Positions 40,810-50,225 of a stretch of DNA of 64,000 nucleotides are shown one piece after another (the first letter of the stretch is position 1; every line of letters begins with the position of its first letter). Location: contig JADMII010000001.1 of the NCBI GenBank assembly GCA_015478665.1, positions 183,537 through 247,536 on the forward strand, read 5' to 3'. The notes under the pieces were generated by a model, which saw only the letters and a list, made by a program, of their open reading frames with translations, had not been told where the DNA came from and ran no database searches. This DNA comes from Dehalococcoidia bacterium. GTDB taxonomy: Bacteria > Chloroflexota > Dehalococcoidia > DSTF01 > JACRBR01. The position numbers and the translations under genes are program-made.

Positions 40810-41997
40810 ATGACGCAGGCAGAGGCCGGCGCGGAGTTCTCGCTGTTCGACGACGGGACGATGGGGGCGAACCCGTACCCGGCGTTCGCGGCGCTGCGGG
40901 CGAACGCGCCGGTGATGAAGATCGGCACGGCGGGGCTGTGGGCGGTCTCGCGCTACGACGACGTGCTGCGCGTGCTGCGCGACCCGGCGACGTTCTCGTC
41001 GGAAGTGAGCATCGACGTCCTCGCGGGCGAGCCGGCGCGGCCGAGCATGATCTTCAACGACCCGCCCGTGCACACGCGCCTGCGTGGACTGCTCGCCCGC
41101 GCGTTCACGCCGCGCATGGTGGAGCTGCAGCGGCCGGCGGTGCAGGCGTACTGCGACGATCTCGTCGCCGCGCTGCTGGCGCAGGAGGAGGCGGACATCG
41201 TCGCCGGGCTGGCGTATCCGCTGCCGGTGATGGTGATCGCGAACATGCTCGGCGTCGGGGACGGCGACCTGGCGACGTTCAAGCGCTGGTCCGATGCGAT
41301 CATCCAGAACGTCGGGGTGCTGCTGATGATGGGCGACGACGGTTCGCTCGACGGGATCAACCGGGAGTTCGACCGGTACTTCAAGGCGCGGCTCGACAAG
41401 CTGCGCGCCGAGCCTGAAGACAATCTGCTGAGCGGACTGGTGCATGCGGAGACGGACGACGGCACGCTCGGCGAAGAGGATCTGCTGCTGATCTGCCGGC
41501 TGCTGCTCGTCGCCGGCAACGAGACGACGACCGGGCTGATCGTCAACTCGGTGCGCGTCTTCTCGGAGTTCCCGCACGTCGTTACGGAGCTGCGCGCGCG
41601 TCCGGAACTGCTCGAGAGCGCGATCGAAGAGGTGCTGCGCTACTACGCGCCGTTCGCCGCCACCTTCCGTCGGGCGACGCGCGACGTCGAGATCGGCGGC
41701 GTGACGATCCCGCGCAACGACCGCGTGATCCCGCTGATGGCTTCGGCGAACCGCGACGAGCAGCAGTTCCAGCGGCCGGACGAGTTCATCATCGACCGCG
41801 ATCCGAACCGGCACGTCGCGTTCGGCATGGGCATCCACTACTGCCTCGGAGCGCCGCTCGCCCGCATGGAGGGCGAGATCGCGCTACGGACGCTGCTGCC
41901 GCAGATCCGAGGGCTCCAGATCAGCCGCGAGCCCGACGCGGCGGCGCTGCTGCGGCCCGGCGGGCCGGATACGCTCTTCGTGCGGTTCGAGCGCTGA
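40810..41997 (+). CDS. Cytochrome P450
   Basis: DPPVHTRLR, AGNETT I-helix, EEVLR ExxR, HVAFGMGIHYCLGA heme motif. Confidence 0.96.
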   Translation: MTQAEAGAEFSLFDDGTMGANPYPAFAALRANAPVMKIGTAGLWAVSRYDDVLRVLRDPATFSSEVSIDVLAGEPARPSMIFNDPPVHTRLRGLLARAFTPRMVELQRPAVQAYCDDLVAALLAQEEADIVAGLAYPLPVMVIANMLGVGDGDLATFKRWSDAIIQNVGVLLMMGDDGSLDGINREFDRYFKARLDKLRAEPEDNLLSGLVHAETDDGTLGEEDLLLICRLLLVAGNETTTGLIVNSVRVFSEFPHVVTELRARPELLESAIEEVLRYYAPFAATFRRATRDVEIGGVTIPRNDRVIPLMASANRDEQQFQRPDEFIIDRDPNRHVAFGMGIHYCLGAPLARMEGEIALRTLLPQIRGLQISREPDAAALLRPGGPDTLFVRFER

Positions 41998-42086
41998 ACC
42001 GAAGCGCTCGAACCGCCGCGGCATGCCGCCTCGTCCGCCGCGGGCTGCCGCCATCCGCTGAAAGAAGTCCGGCCGATCGTCCGCCA

Positions 42087-43094
42087 TCAGGCGTTCGGCG
42101 CGAGTTGGCGCAGCATCTCGAGCGACTGGCGCGCGCGGTCGGCGGGGTCGCCGGACGCCGGCAGGAAGTTCAGTACCGGTACCGTGACGCCGGCATCGAC
42201 GTACGCCTGAATCTTGCGACGGCATGTCTCGGCGTCCCCGGAGACCAGCAGGTCGTCGATGGTCTGACGCGGGATGGCGGCGGTCGCGGCCTTGCGGTCG
42301 CCGGCGTCCCAGGCGTCCCACATCGGCCGCAGGATCTCGCCGCGGCCGAGCCATTCGTGGAACTTGGCGTACACCGGCACCGTCAGGTAGCCGGCGATCG
42401 CCCTGCGGCCGAGGAAGTCGACCAGCGCTGCGTCGGTCGACAGGCAGACGAAGATGCGGCAGACGACCTCGAGCTGCGACGGGTCCTTGCCGGCGCGCTC
42501 GGCGCCGCTGCGGGCGGCGGCGACGGCCTTCGGCACATCGCGTGCGCCGAGCCAGTTGATGATCGCGCCATCGGACGCGGCGCCGGCAAGCGCCAGCATC
42601 TTCTCTCGCAGGGCGGCGATGTAGAGCTTCGGCGGCGGCGCAAGCGCGCGACGCGAGAGGCGCATGCCGTCGACCCCGAGCGTCGGCAGGCGTTCGCTCA
42701 CCTTCTCGCCGGCGAAGGCGCGCGTGAGGAGCCACGCCATGTCGCGCACGCGGCCGTACGGGCGCTCGAACGGCACTCCGTTCCAGCGCTCGACGATGAC
42801 GGAAGAGCCGGAGCCGATGCCGAGCGCCATGCGGCCCGGCGCCGCCTCGGCGATCGCCATCGCGGACATGGCGAGCGTCAGCGGCGAGCGGGTGTAGACG
42901 TTGGCGATCGCCGTGCCGAGCTGCAGGCGCTCCGTCCAGACGGCGGCGAGCGCGAGCGGAGAGAAGCAGTCGACGCCATCGACCTCGTACGACCAGGCGT
43001 CCGTGTAGCCGAGGCGCTCGGCCTCCTGCAGCGCCTCCTTGTGCGCGGCGAGGGGGAGGCCGTCGAAGGGGAACGTGAAGCCGAATCTGACCAT
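42087..43094 (-). CDS. LLM class oxidoreductase, probably F420-dependent
   Basis: AERLGYTDAWSYE, LGTAIANVYTRSP, GRMALGIG, AALREKML. Confidence 0.9.
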   Translation of the reverse strand: MVRFGFTFPFDGLPLAAHKEALQEAERLGYTDAWSYEVDGVDCFSPLALAAVWTERLQLGTAIANVYTRSPLTLAMSAMAIAEAAPGRMALGIGSGSSVIVERWNGVPFERPYGRVRDMAWLLTRAFAGEKVSERLPTLGVDGMRLSRRALAPPPKLYIAALREKMLALAGAASDGAIINWLGARDVPKAVAAARSGAERAGKDPSQLEVVCRIFVCLSTDAALVDFLGRRAIAGYLTVPVYAKFHEWLGRGEILRPMWDAWDAGDRKAATAAIPRQTIDDLLVSGDAETCRRKIQAYVDAGVTVPVLNFLPASGDPADRARQSLEMLRQLAPNA

Positions 43095-43229
43095 GCGCGC
43101 ATGATCGACGATGGGGCTGGTTGGCGGAAGGGCGGCGTCCGGACGTGGTGCGTGCCGGTCGAACGGCTGGGGCGGCCGACAGGACGCGCAGCCGGTCGTT
43201 CGATCTGTTGGCCGGCGGACCGACGTGGG

Positions 43230-44804
43230 CTACCCGAGTCCCTCGGCGATGAACGGGTCGAGGAGCGGGAACGTGTGGAGGAAGGCGATGCGCTCGGCCT
43301 TGAGCTTCGCCACCTGCGCGCGGTAGTCGTCGAGGCGGCCGAGCGCCACGTAGCGGGCGCGCGGGTGGAGCAGGTCTTCGTCATCGTGCGCGATACCGGG
43401 GATGTGCGCCGGCAGCTGGTAGCCGAAGTCCGGGTCGTCGTCCCACTCGACGCCGCCCTCGGCGATCGCCTGCACGCACGCCGATGAGTGCGCGACCTTC
43501 ACCTTCTTCGAGCCGGGGCCGGACTGCTCGACGACCCAGCCCGTGTTCATCACGTAGACATCGACCGGGTGCGCGCGCAGGAGGTCGAGGAAGCGGTTGC
43601 CCTGCAGGGCGTTCGGCATCGGGAAGAACGGGTTGGTGCCGGGGACGCGCAGCGCCTTGCCGGCCTCGGCGGCGCCGCCGGCGCTCGTGCCCTGCGTCTC
43701 GCCGAGCATGAAGTACGCCGCCGCCTGCTGCATCGTCAGGCGCGCGATCGCCGGGACGACGCTCGTCGCGCGATTGAGGATGACGATGGCGCTGACGGGC
43801 GGGATCGTGCGGGCGTCCTCGAAGCGGCCGAGCGCCGAGAGCGGGAAGACGGCGCGGCCGTTCTGTGTGAAGGACTCGTTGAAGAAGTCGAGCGTGCCGT
43901 CGTCGTTGCGGTAGACGTTCTCGAGGTAGGCGCCGGAGCTGATCGTCGCCCGGTAGATCTCGGGCTCGGTCTCCTCGCTGAGGGCGAAGGTCTTCGCGAA
44001 GCAGCCGTCCTCGCTGCCGTGGACGCGGCCATCGGGCATCCAGGCGATGAAGTCGTCCTGCACCGGCTTCGCGCCGCCCGTCGCCTGGAAGGTGGTCGTC
44101 GTCTTGCCGGTGCCGGAGAGGCCGATGATGACGATCGTCTTCATGGCGCCGGCGACGGGGATCACCTTGCAGCCGGCGTGCATCGCCAGACCGCCCATCG
44201 TGTAGACGATCGTGTTCCACATCCGCAGGCCGCCCTTCTTCGACTCGCCGAAGTAGTCGGAGTTGAGGACGCGCGTGACGCCGCGGTCGAGGTCGACGGC
44301 GATGCAGCGGTCGTTGGGGAATCCCGGGGCGACGAGGTTCGGCGTGTCGATCACCGTCACCTCCGGCTCTCCGGCCGTCCGCTTGTCGAAGTAGAGGTAC
44401 TTCTGCATGCCGGCGACGTTGGCGTTGCGGCGCTCGATGATCAGCCGCGCCGGCGTCCGCACTTCGGGCGCGTTCGAGATCTCGCCGTCGATGACGATCA
44501 TCTCCTGCTCGCGGACGTAGGCGTCCTGGCGGCCGGCGACGGCGTCGTACTCGGCACGGGTCATCGTCTGCAGGCCGCGGAAGCTGTCCGGGTCGTCGGT
44601 GACGATGTAGGTGCTGGCGCTGCTCCGCGCGTCGACGCGCGTGAAGACGTCGGCGCTGCCGTAGACGGTGCGCTTCGCGTTCGGCATCTCCGCGGTGAGA
44701 CGAGCGAGTTCGTCGTACGACGGGTTATCGATGAAGGCGCGGGCTTCGAGCTCGTACGAGCGCGTCTGAAGCGAGACGACGGTGCACCTCCTCGCTAACC
44801 CCAC
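43230..44804 (-). CDS. pckA: Phosphoenolpyruvate carboxykinase (ATP), divergent clade; start uncertain (GTG 44804 or GTC 44780)
   Basis: YFGESKKG, MHAGC, GLSGTGKTT, QDD, EDGCFAK, LENV, TQNGRA, NTGW. Confidence 0.88.
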   Translation of the reverse strand: MGLARRCTVVSLQTRSYELEARAFIDNPSYDELARLTAEMPNAKRTVYGSADVFTRVDARSSASTYIVTDDPDSFRGLQTMTRAEYDAVAGRQDAYVREQEMIVIDGEISNAPEVRTPARLIIERRNANVAGMQKYLYFDKRTAGEPEVTVIDTPNLVAPGFPNDRCIAVDLDRGVTRVLNSDYFGESKKGGLRMWNTIVYTMGGLAMHAGCKVIPVAGAMKTIVIIGLSGTGKTTTTFQATGGAKPVQDDFIAWMPDGRVHGSEDGCFAKTFALSEETEPEIYRATISSGAYLENVYRNDDGTLDFFNESFTQNGRAVFPLSALGRFEDARTIPPVSAIVILNRATSVVPAIARLTMQQAAAYFMLGETQGTSAGGAAEAGKALRVPGTNPFFPMPNALQGNRFLDLLRAHPVDVYVMNTGWVVEQSGPGSKKVKVAHSSACVQAIAEGGVEWDDDPDFGYQLPAHIPGIAHDDEDLLHPRARYVALGRLDDYRAQVAKLKAERIAFLHTFPLLDPFIAEGLG

Positions 44805-44862
44805 GCCCACTATCGATCGCACCGCTGTAGATGTCCACCGGAGGCGGCTGTGACGGGGCAGA

Positions 44863-44890
44863 CGATGTGAGAGGTGCGAGGTGAGAATGC
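44863..44890 (+). repeat. Heptamer tandem array (cgatgtg agaggtg cgaggtg agaatgc)
   Basis: Seen directly; same units recur at 45485-45540. Confidence 0.6.
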
Positions 44891-44904
44891 GGACCTGATC
44901 GCGG

Positions 44905-45414
44905 TCAGGAGTCGCCGTGCCAGCGGTTGTGGTGGGCGTAGTCGTCCCACGGAAGCCGGGCGGCTTCCGGCACGGACTTCGGCGGACGGGCGCGGTAGCC
45001 GAAGCCGACCGCGACGGGCACGCCGGCGTCCCCGGGCAGGCCCAGCGCCTCGACGGCGCACGTCTGTCGATGGAGCGAGATCGGGCAGGAGCCGACATCC
45101 TCGGCCCAGGCGGCGACCATCATGTTCTGCGCCGCGCGGCCGGCATCGAACTCCGCCCGCGTGCCGCCGATGACGGCGATGGCGACGACGAGCGGCGCCT
45201 GCGGGATCCAGGTGGCGAAGTCGCCACAGGCGGCGAACTCCTCCTTCACGCGCTGGTCGTCGATGATCACGAAGCGGCACGGCTGCGTGTTCTTCGAGCT
45301 GCCAGCCATGCGGCCGGCCTGCACGATGCGGCGGACGACGTCATCGGGCACCGGCTTCTCGAGGAAGGCGCGCGTGTCGCGCTTGCTGATGATCGTGTGG
45401 TAGGTATCCATCAT
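44905..45414 (-). CDS. Nitroreductase-family protein
   Basis: SKRDTRAF, AGRMAGSSKNTQP, DAGRAAQNMMVAAW, GFGY. Confidence 0.92.
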   Translation of the reverse strand: MMDTYHTIISKRDTRAFLEKPVPDDVVRRIVQAGRMAGSSKNTQPCRFVIIDDQRVKEEFAACGDFATWIPQAPLVVAIAVIGGTRAEFDAGRAAQNMMVAAWAEDVGSCPISLHRQTCAVEALGLPGDAGVPVAVGFGYRARPPKSVPEAARLPWDDYAHHNRWHGDS

Positions 45415-45484
45415 GACTCCTTCGAGGCGGTGACCGCTGACGGCGTGCAGCGCATACTACCGTGAGGGAGGGGCGATGGGGGCG

Positions 45485-45540
45485 CGAGGTGGCAGGCGAG
45501 AGGTGGGAAGTGCGCCGTGAGGAGCGAGGAGTGAGGGGCT
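45485..45540 (+). repeat. Purine-rich heptamer tandem array (8 degenerate units)
   Basis: cgaggtg gcaggcg agaggtg ggaagtg cgccgtg aggagcg aggagtg aggggct. Confidence 0.65.
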
Positions 45541-45577
45541 CGAATGAAACAGCCTGTCTGATAACGGCGAGGGCTCT

Positions 45578-46306
45578 GTGTTTCTGATTACCGGCTGCGG
45601 GCGTTCGGGGACGAGCGCCGTGGCGAAGCTGCTGGATCGCGCGGGCGTGAGCGTCGGACGCCAGCTGATCGCCGGCGATGCGGCGAACCCGGACGGCTAC
45701 TTCGAAGAGCAGGCTGTGGTGGTGCTCAACGACGAGATCCTGGCACGCGCAGGGCTCTTCGCACCGTTCAGCATGGCGACGCGCGCCGAGGTACGGACGG
45801 CGGCGCGCCCGTACACCGACGAGATGCGCGCGCTGGCGGCCTCGGCGACGCCGGCGTGGAAGGACCCTCGCTTCTCCTGGACGCTCGAAGCGTGGCTCGC
45901 CGTGCTGCCGGAAGCGCCGCGGCTCATCGTCTGCCTGCGCAGCCCGGCGGAGGTGGCCGCGTCGACGCTGCGCTACTTCGGCCGCGGCGACGACGCCGAG
46001 GCGACCGCTGCGGCGCTGCATCTCTGGCGCGCGCAGTACGAGCGGCTGATCGAAGTGATCGAGGCATACCGGCTGCAGGCGCTCTGTGTCGAGTACGGCC
46101 GCCTGCACGCGGGCGATGCCGCGACGGTCGCCGCTCTCGCCGGATTCGTCGGCTGCGCGCTCGACGCTGCCGGCGTGCGGCGCGAGTTGCGGCACCACGT
46201 GCTGGCGGTCGAGCCGGGGCTGCAGCCGCTCTACGATCGCGTCAGGGCGCTCCGGCCGGGGCGGACGGCGGCGGCGCGGACGGACGCCGGCGCACCGTCA
46301 GCGTGA
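45578..46306 (+). CDS. Sulfotransferase-family protein
   Basis: ITGCGRSGTS PSB loop, NPDGYFE, WKDPR, LRSPAEVAAS. Confidence 0.85.
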   Translation: MFLITGCGRSGTSAVAKLLDRAGVSVGRQLIAGDAANPDGYFEEQAVVVLNDEILARAGLFAPFSMATRAEVRTAARPYTDEMRALAASATPAWKDPRFSWTLEAWLAVLPEAPRLIVCLRSPAEVAASTLRYFGRGDDAEATAAALHLWRAQYERLIEVIEAYRLQALCVEYGRLHAGDAATVAALAGFVGCALDAAGVRRELRHHVLAVEPGLQPLYDRVRALRPGRTAAARTDAGAPSA

Positions 46307-47630
46307 GGCCGCGCACGGCGGTGACGACGACGTGCTCGCCGCGGCGCACCGGCGCATCTTCCGCAACAGCCTGCCAGCGCTCGCCTTCGACGAAGACGAA
46401 TCCCCGCGGCGCCAGGTCGGAGCGGGCGACGGCGAGGCGGCCGATCAGCGTCTCGATGCCGACGGCCGGCGGCAGGCGCCGCGCGCGCAGCAGGGCGCCG
46501 ACGAACAGCAGGAAGAACGCCGCGACGACGGCGCCCGTCGTGACGACGAGCCAGCGCGATACCTGGAAGTCCGGGTTGCTGCTCGATGTGAGGATCAGTC
46601 CGCCGGCGATCAGCGACACGGCGCCACCGACGCCGAGCGCGCCGAAGCCGCCGACGTACACCTCCATCGCGAACAGCACGAAGGCGAGGCCGATCAGGCC
46701 GACGCCCGCCCAGTTCACCGGCAGCGTGCCGAGCACGAACAACGCGAGGATCAGCGAGATGACGCCGAAGACGCCCGGGAAGAAGACCCCGGGGTGGACG
46801 AGCTCGATCAGCAGGCCGAGGCCGCCAAGGCTGAGCAGCAGGAAGGCGATGTTCGGGTCGCTGAGCACGTTCAGCACGCGCTCGAGGAACGTCAGGTTGT
46901 CCTCGACGCGCGGCGCAAATTCCAGCCCGGTCAGCGTCAGCGAGCGCTGCCCGACGCGCACCGTGCGGCCATCCGCCTTCTGCAGCAGCTGGTCGATACT
47001 GTCGGCCTGGTAGTCGACGATGCGCTTCTGCACCGCCTCACTCACCGGCGCAGAGACGCTCTGGCGGACGGCCGCCTCCGCCCAGTCGGCGTTGCGCCCA
47101 CGCGCCTCGGCGATGGCGCGCGCCTTCGCGGCGGCGTCGTTCTCGACCTTCGTGCCGAGCGTGCCCGTGATATCGCCACCGCCCGCCGCAACCGGGTGCG
47201 CGGCGCCGATCTCCGTGCCGGGCGCCATCGCCGCGACGTGCGCGGACATCGTGATGAAGGTGCCGGCGGAGGCGGCGCGGCCGCCGCTGGGCGAGACGTA
47301 GACGATCACCGGCACCTTCGCCGCCTGGATGCGCTGGACGATCTTGTCCATCGAGTCCGAGAGCCCGCCGGGCGTGTCGAGCTTGATGACGACGGCCTTC
47401 GCGTTGTTGCGCTCGGCATCGCCGATGCCGCGGTCGATGTAGCGCTGCATGACCGGGTTGACTTCGAAATTGGCGGTGAGGATGTAGACCGCACCCCGGC
47501 TGCCGGTGCGCTGCGCGCAGGCGCCGGTGAGACCGGCGGCGAGCAGGAACGCCGCGGCGAGCAGCCGCAGGCGCTGCCTGTTGGCGCTCGTGCGCGGATA
47601 CCTCAGCCGGCGTTCCATGGCGTTCCTCAC
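46242..47630 (-). CDS. nfeD: NfeD long form: ClpP-like membrane serine protease + TM + OB domain
   Basis: LDTPGG, VYVSPSGGRAASAG, AMAPGTEIGAAHPV, RGRN..WAE, GFVFVEGERWQA. Confidence 0.92.
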   Translation of the reverse strand: MRNAMERRLRYPRTSANRQRLRLLAAAFLLAAGLTGACAQRTGSRGAVYILTANFEVNPVMQRYIDRGIGDAERNNAKAVVIKLDTPGGLSDSMDKIVQRIQAAKVPVIVYVSPSGGRAASAGTFITMSAHVAAMAPGTEIGAAHPVAAGGGDITGTLGTKVENDAAAKARAIAEARGRNADWAEAAVRQSVSAPVSEAVQKRIVDYQADSIDQLLQKADGRTVRVGQRSLTLTGLEFAPRVEDNLTFLERVLNVLSDPNIAFLLLSLGGLGLLIELVHPGVFFPGVFGVISLILALFVLGTLPVNWAGVGLIGLAFVLFAMEVYVGGFGALGVGGAVSLIAGGLILTSSSNPDFQVSRWLVVTTGAVVAAFFLLFVGALLRARRLPPAVGIETLIGRLAVARSDLAPRGFVFVEGERWQAVAEDAPVRRGEHVVVTAVRGLTLTVRRRPSAPPPSAPAGAP

Positions 47631-47776
47631 GACATTGTTGCCGCGCCGTTATGGAAACAGCAATCCGTTCGACGACCTGCCACCCGTCTCGCCCGATACG
47701 TGTCTCTCCCGATGCGCGGCAGCCCGTCGCAGGGGGTTCGGTGACACAAAGCCCTTCCGGCGGGCGGGCAAGAGCA

Positions 47777-49132
47777 TCACTGCGGGCGAACCAGCGCCGC
47801 ACAGGCATCGATCACGCGCCCGTCATCGAGCGGGTCGACGGTGCGCAGGTCGAGCAGCACGCGTCCGTCTTCGATGCGGGCGACGACGTCGCTGGCGCGC
47901 AGCCGCCCGGCGAGGGTGGCCGCCGACCGCACCGGCGCGAGCACGACGAGCCGCGTCGGCAGGCTCTCTTCGGGCAGCGAGCCGCCGCCGACCATCGAAC
48001 GGCCGTCGACGACCTGCGCCGCCGCGCCAAGGGCCGCGACGACGGCGCCCGCCCGGCGCTCGATCTCGGCCACCGGCATGGCGATCATGCGCCAGACGGG
48101 GACGCGCTGCTCGGCGACGCCATCGATGTAGAGCCGGAGCGTCGCAGCGAGGCCGGCGATGCTCGCCTTGTCGAGCCGGACGGCGCGCGCGAGCGGGTGC
48201 CGCTGCATGCGGGCAATGAGTTCGTTCCGGCCGACGATCAGGCCGGCCTGCGGCCCGCCGAGCAGCTTGTCGCCGGAGAACAGCACGACGTCGGCGCCGG
48301 CAGCGACCGAGCGCTGGGGTGTCGGCTCCGGCGCCAGCCCGTACGCCGCCGTATCGAGCAGGCAGCCGCTGCCGATGTCGTCGATCAGCAGCACGCCGCG
48401 CCTGCGGGCGAGCGTCGCCAACCCATCGAGCGGCGCCGATTCGGTGAAGCCGGTGATGCGGAAGTTGCTCGCGTGCACGCGCATCAGCGCGGCCGTCCGC
48501 GGGCCGATCGCCGCTTCGAAGTCCTCGATGCGCGTGCGGTTCGTCGTCCCTGCCTCGACGAGGCGGGCGCGCGACTGGCGCATGACGTCCGGGATGCGAA
48601 AGCCGCCGCCGATCTCGACGAGCTCGCCGCGTGAGAGCACGACCTCGCGGCCGGCAGCGAGGGCGGCAAGCGCCAGCAGCACGGCGGAGGCGTTGTTGTT
48701 CACGGCCATCGCCGCTTCGGCGCCGGTGACCCGGCGGAGCAGCGGCGCCAGGGTGCTGTGCCGGGTGCCGCGCCTGCCGCTCGTGATATCGAACTCCAGG
48801 TTACTGTAGCCGCGCGAGACAGCCGCCATCGCGGCGATCGCCTCCCCGGCCAGCGGCGCCCGGCCGAGGTTGGTGTGGAGGATGACGCCGGTGGCGTTGA
48901 TCAGCGGACGCAGCGGCGGCAGGCGTACCGCATCGACCCGCGCGGTGACATCGCCTGCGATCGCGTCGAGCGTCGGCGCTTCGCCGCCAGCACCGATACG
49001 CGCGCGGGCTTCGGCGAGCGCCTCGCGCGTCAGGTCGAGCAGCACCGAATCGGCGGCATCGACGCTACGCGCGCGCAGCTCAGCGCAGACGCGGTCGACG
49101 GAGGGCAGGGCGCGGTACGGCGAGCGTGGCAT
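47777..49132 (-). CDS. selA: L-seryl-tRNA(Sec) selenium transferase
   Basis: INATGVILHTNLGRAPL, YSNLEFD, VNNNA, SRGELVEIGGGFRIPDVM, GTTNRT, FSGDKLLGGPQAG. Confidence 0.96.
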   Translation of the reverse strand: MPRSPYRALPSVDRVCAELRARSVDAADSVLLDLTREALAEARARIGAGGEAPTLDAIAGDVTARVDAVRLPPLRPLINATGVILHTNLGRAPLAGEAIAAMAAVSRGYSNLEFDITSGRRGTRHSTLAPLLRRVTGAEAAMAVNNNASAVLLALAALAAGREVVLSRGELVEIGGGFRIPDVMRQSRARLVEAGTTNRTRIEDFEAAIGPRTAALMRVHASNFRITGFTESAPLDGLATLARRRGVLLIDDIGSGCLLDTAAYGLAPEPTPQRSVAAGADVVLFSGDKLLGGPQAGLIVGRNELIARMQRHPLARAVRLDKASIAGLAATLRLYIDGVAEQRVPVWRMIAMPVAEIERRAGAVVAALGAAAQVVDGRSMVGGGSLPEESLPTRLVVLAPVRSAATLAGRLRASDVVARIEDGRVLLDLRTVDPLDDGRVIDACAALVRPQ

Positions 49133-49260
49133 CGCGATCGAGTCTACCGTGCGACGTAGGCGATGAAACGCGGGGAGGCAGGGCCGCAACGCGGGCAGTC
49201 GGAGCGCGGGACGCTGAGGTGCGGCAGCGCGAGGGCCGAACGCCGGGCGGCGCCGCGGCC

Positions 49261-50001
49261 TCAGGCGGCCTGCGTCTGCGACTGGTCGAGGGCGACGCTG
49301 GCCGACAGCCGACGGTGGGCGCCGCGCGTGCTCAGCAGGTAGACGGCCGACACGCCGCCGATGAGCAGGCCTTCGGCGGCGGAGATCAGTCCCAGCAGCA
49401 CGGTCATGTCGCGCCAGAATGGATCGGGGAACATCTGGACCAGATGGTCCGTCGCCGGATTCAGCTGCCACAAATTATTCGTGAACATGATCAGATGGAA
49501 GCGGGTGAACGCAGCCTCAAACCCGAACGAAGCGAAGATGGCGATGCCACCGACGAAGGCGGCGCCCAGCCCGACGCCGGCCAGCGACTGCGCCGCGAGC
49601 TGCCGCATGCTGCCTTCGCGCGCCCAGACGAAGACGGCGACGACGTACAGCAGCACGTAGACCAGCGCGACCTCCTGCACCGTACCGGTGATGACGAAGA
49701 GGCGCTTGACGTCCTGCATGTGCAGCGTCTCGCGCGCGTTGAACACGGGTGTCTGCAGGCCGTCCTGCGTCACTGTCTGGTAGAACGTCGGCTCGTCGTT
49801 GTTGAAGTAGGCCCGAAGCGCCCCGGCGGTCTTGTCGAGGTCGGCGCGCGAGAGCCCGGTCGAGGCCTCGGCGTTGTAGCGGTCGAAGGCGTAGCGGTAG
49901 ACGAGCGGCGCGTTGGCGAGGAGCCGGACGTTGGTGCTGATCGCCGCGACCGGCAGCGCGATGATGAAGGCGATTGTGGCGAGCGTGCGGACGAAGCCCA
50001 T
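49261..50001 (-). CDS. DUF1461 / TIGR01906-type integral membrane protein (alternative leaderless start 50115)
   Basis: FNARETLHMQDVK, F..AFTRFHLIMF.N..W..NP..D.LVQMFP..F. Confidence 0.85.
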   Translation of the reverse strand: MGFVRTLATIAFIIALPVAAISTNVRLLANAPLVYRYAFDRYNAEASTGLSRADLDKTAGALRAYFNNDEPTFYQTVTQDGLQTPVFNARETLHMQDVKRLFVITGTVQEVALVYVLLYVVAVFVWAREGSMRQLAAQSLAGVGLGAAFVGGIAIFASFGFEAAFTRFHLIMFTNNLWQLNPATDHLVQMFPDPFWRDMTVLLGLISAAEGLLIGGVSAVYLLSTRGAHRRLSASVALDQSQTQAA

Positions 50002-50225
50002 GTGGGTTTCCCTCTGCCGCCCCGCCGCCGCGACGCCCGCATTCTCCGACGCGGGATCGCGCTTGTCAAGCGGCCGTTCTTCGTCCGTCTGCGCCGCTGA
50101 TCCTTCGATGCCCATCGGTACCAGAGTAGCACCGTTTACCTGCCGGGCGGGACGGCGGCGACGCGACGAACGCGTCAAGACGGCGGCGGCTGGAGGCCCC
50201 GCGCCGGTGACCGCATACTGGAGAC

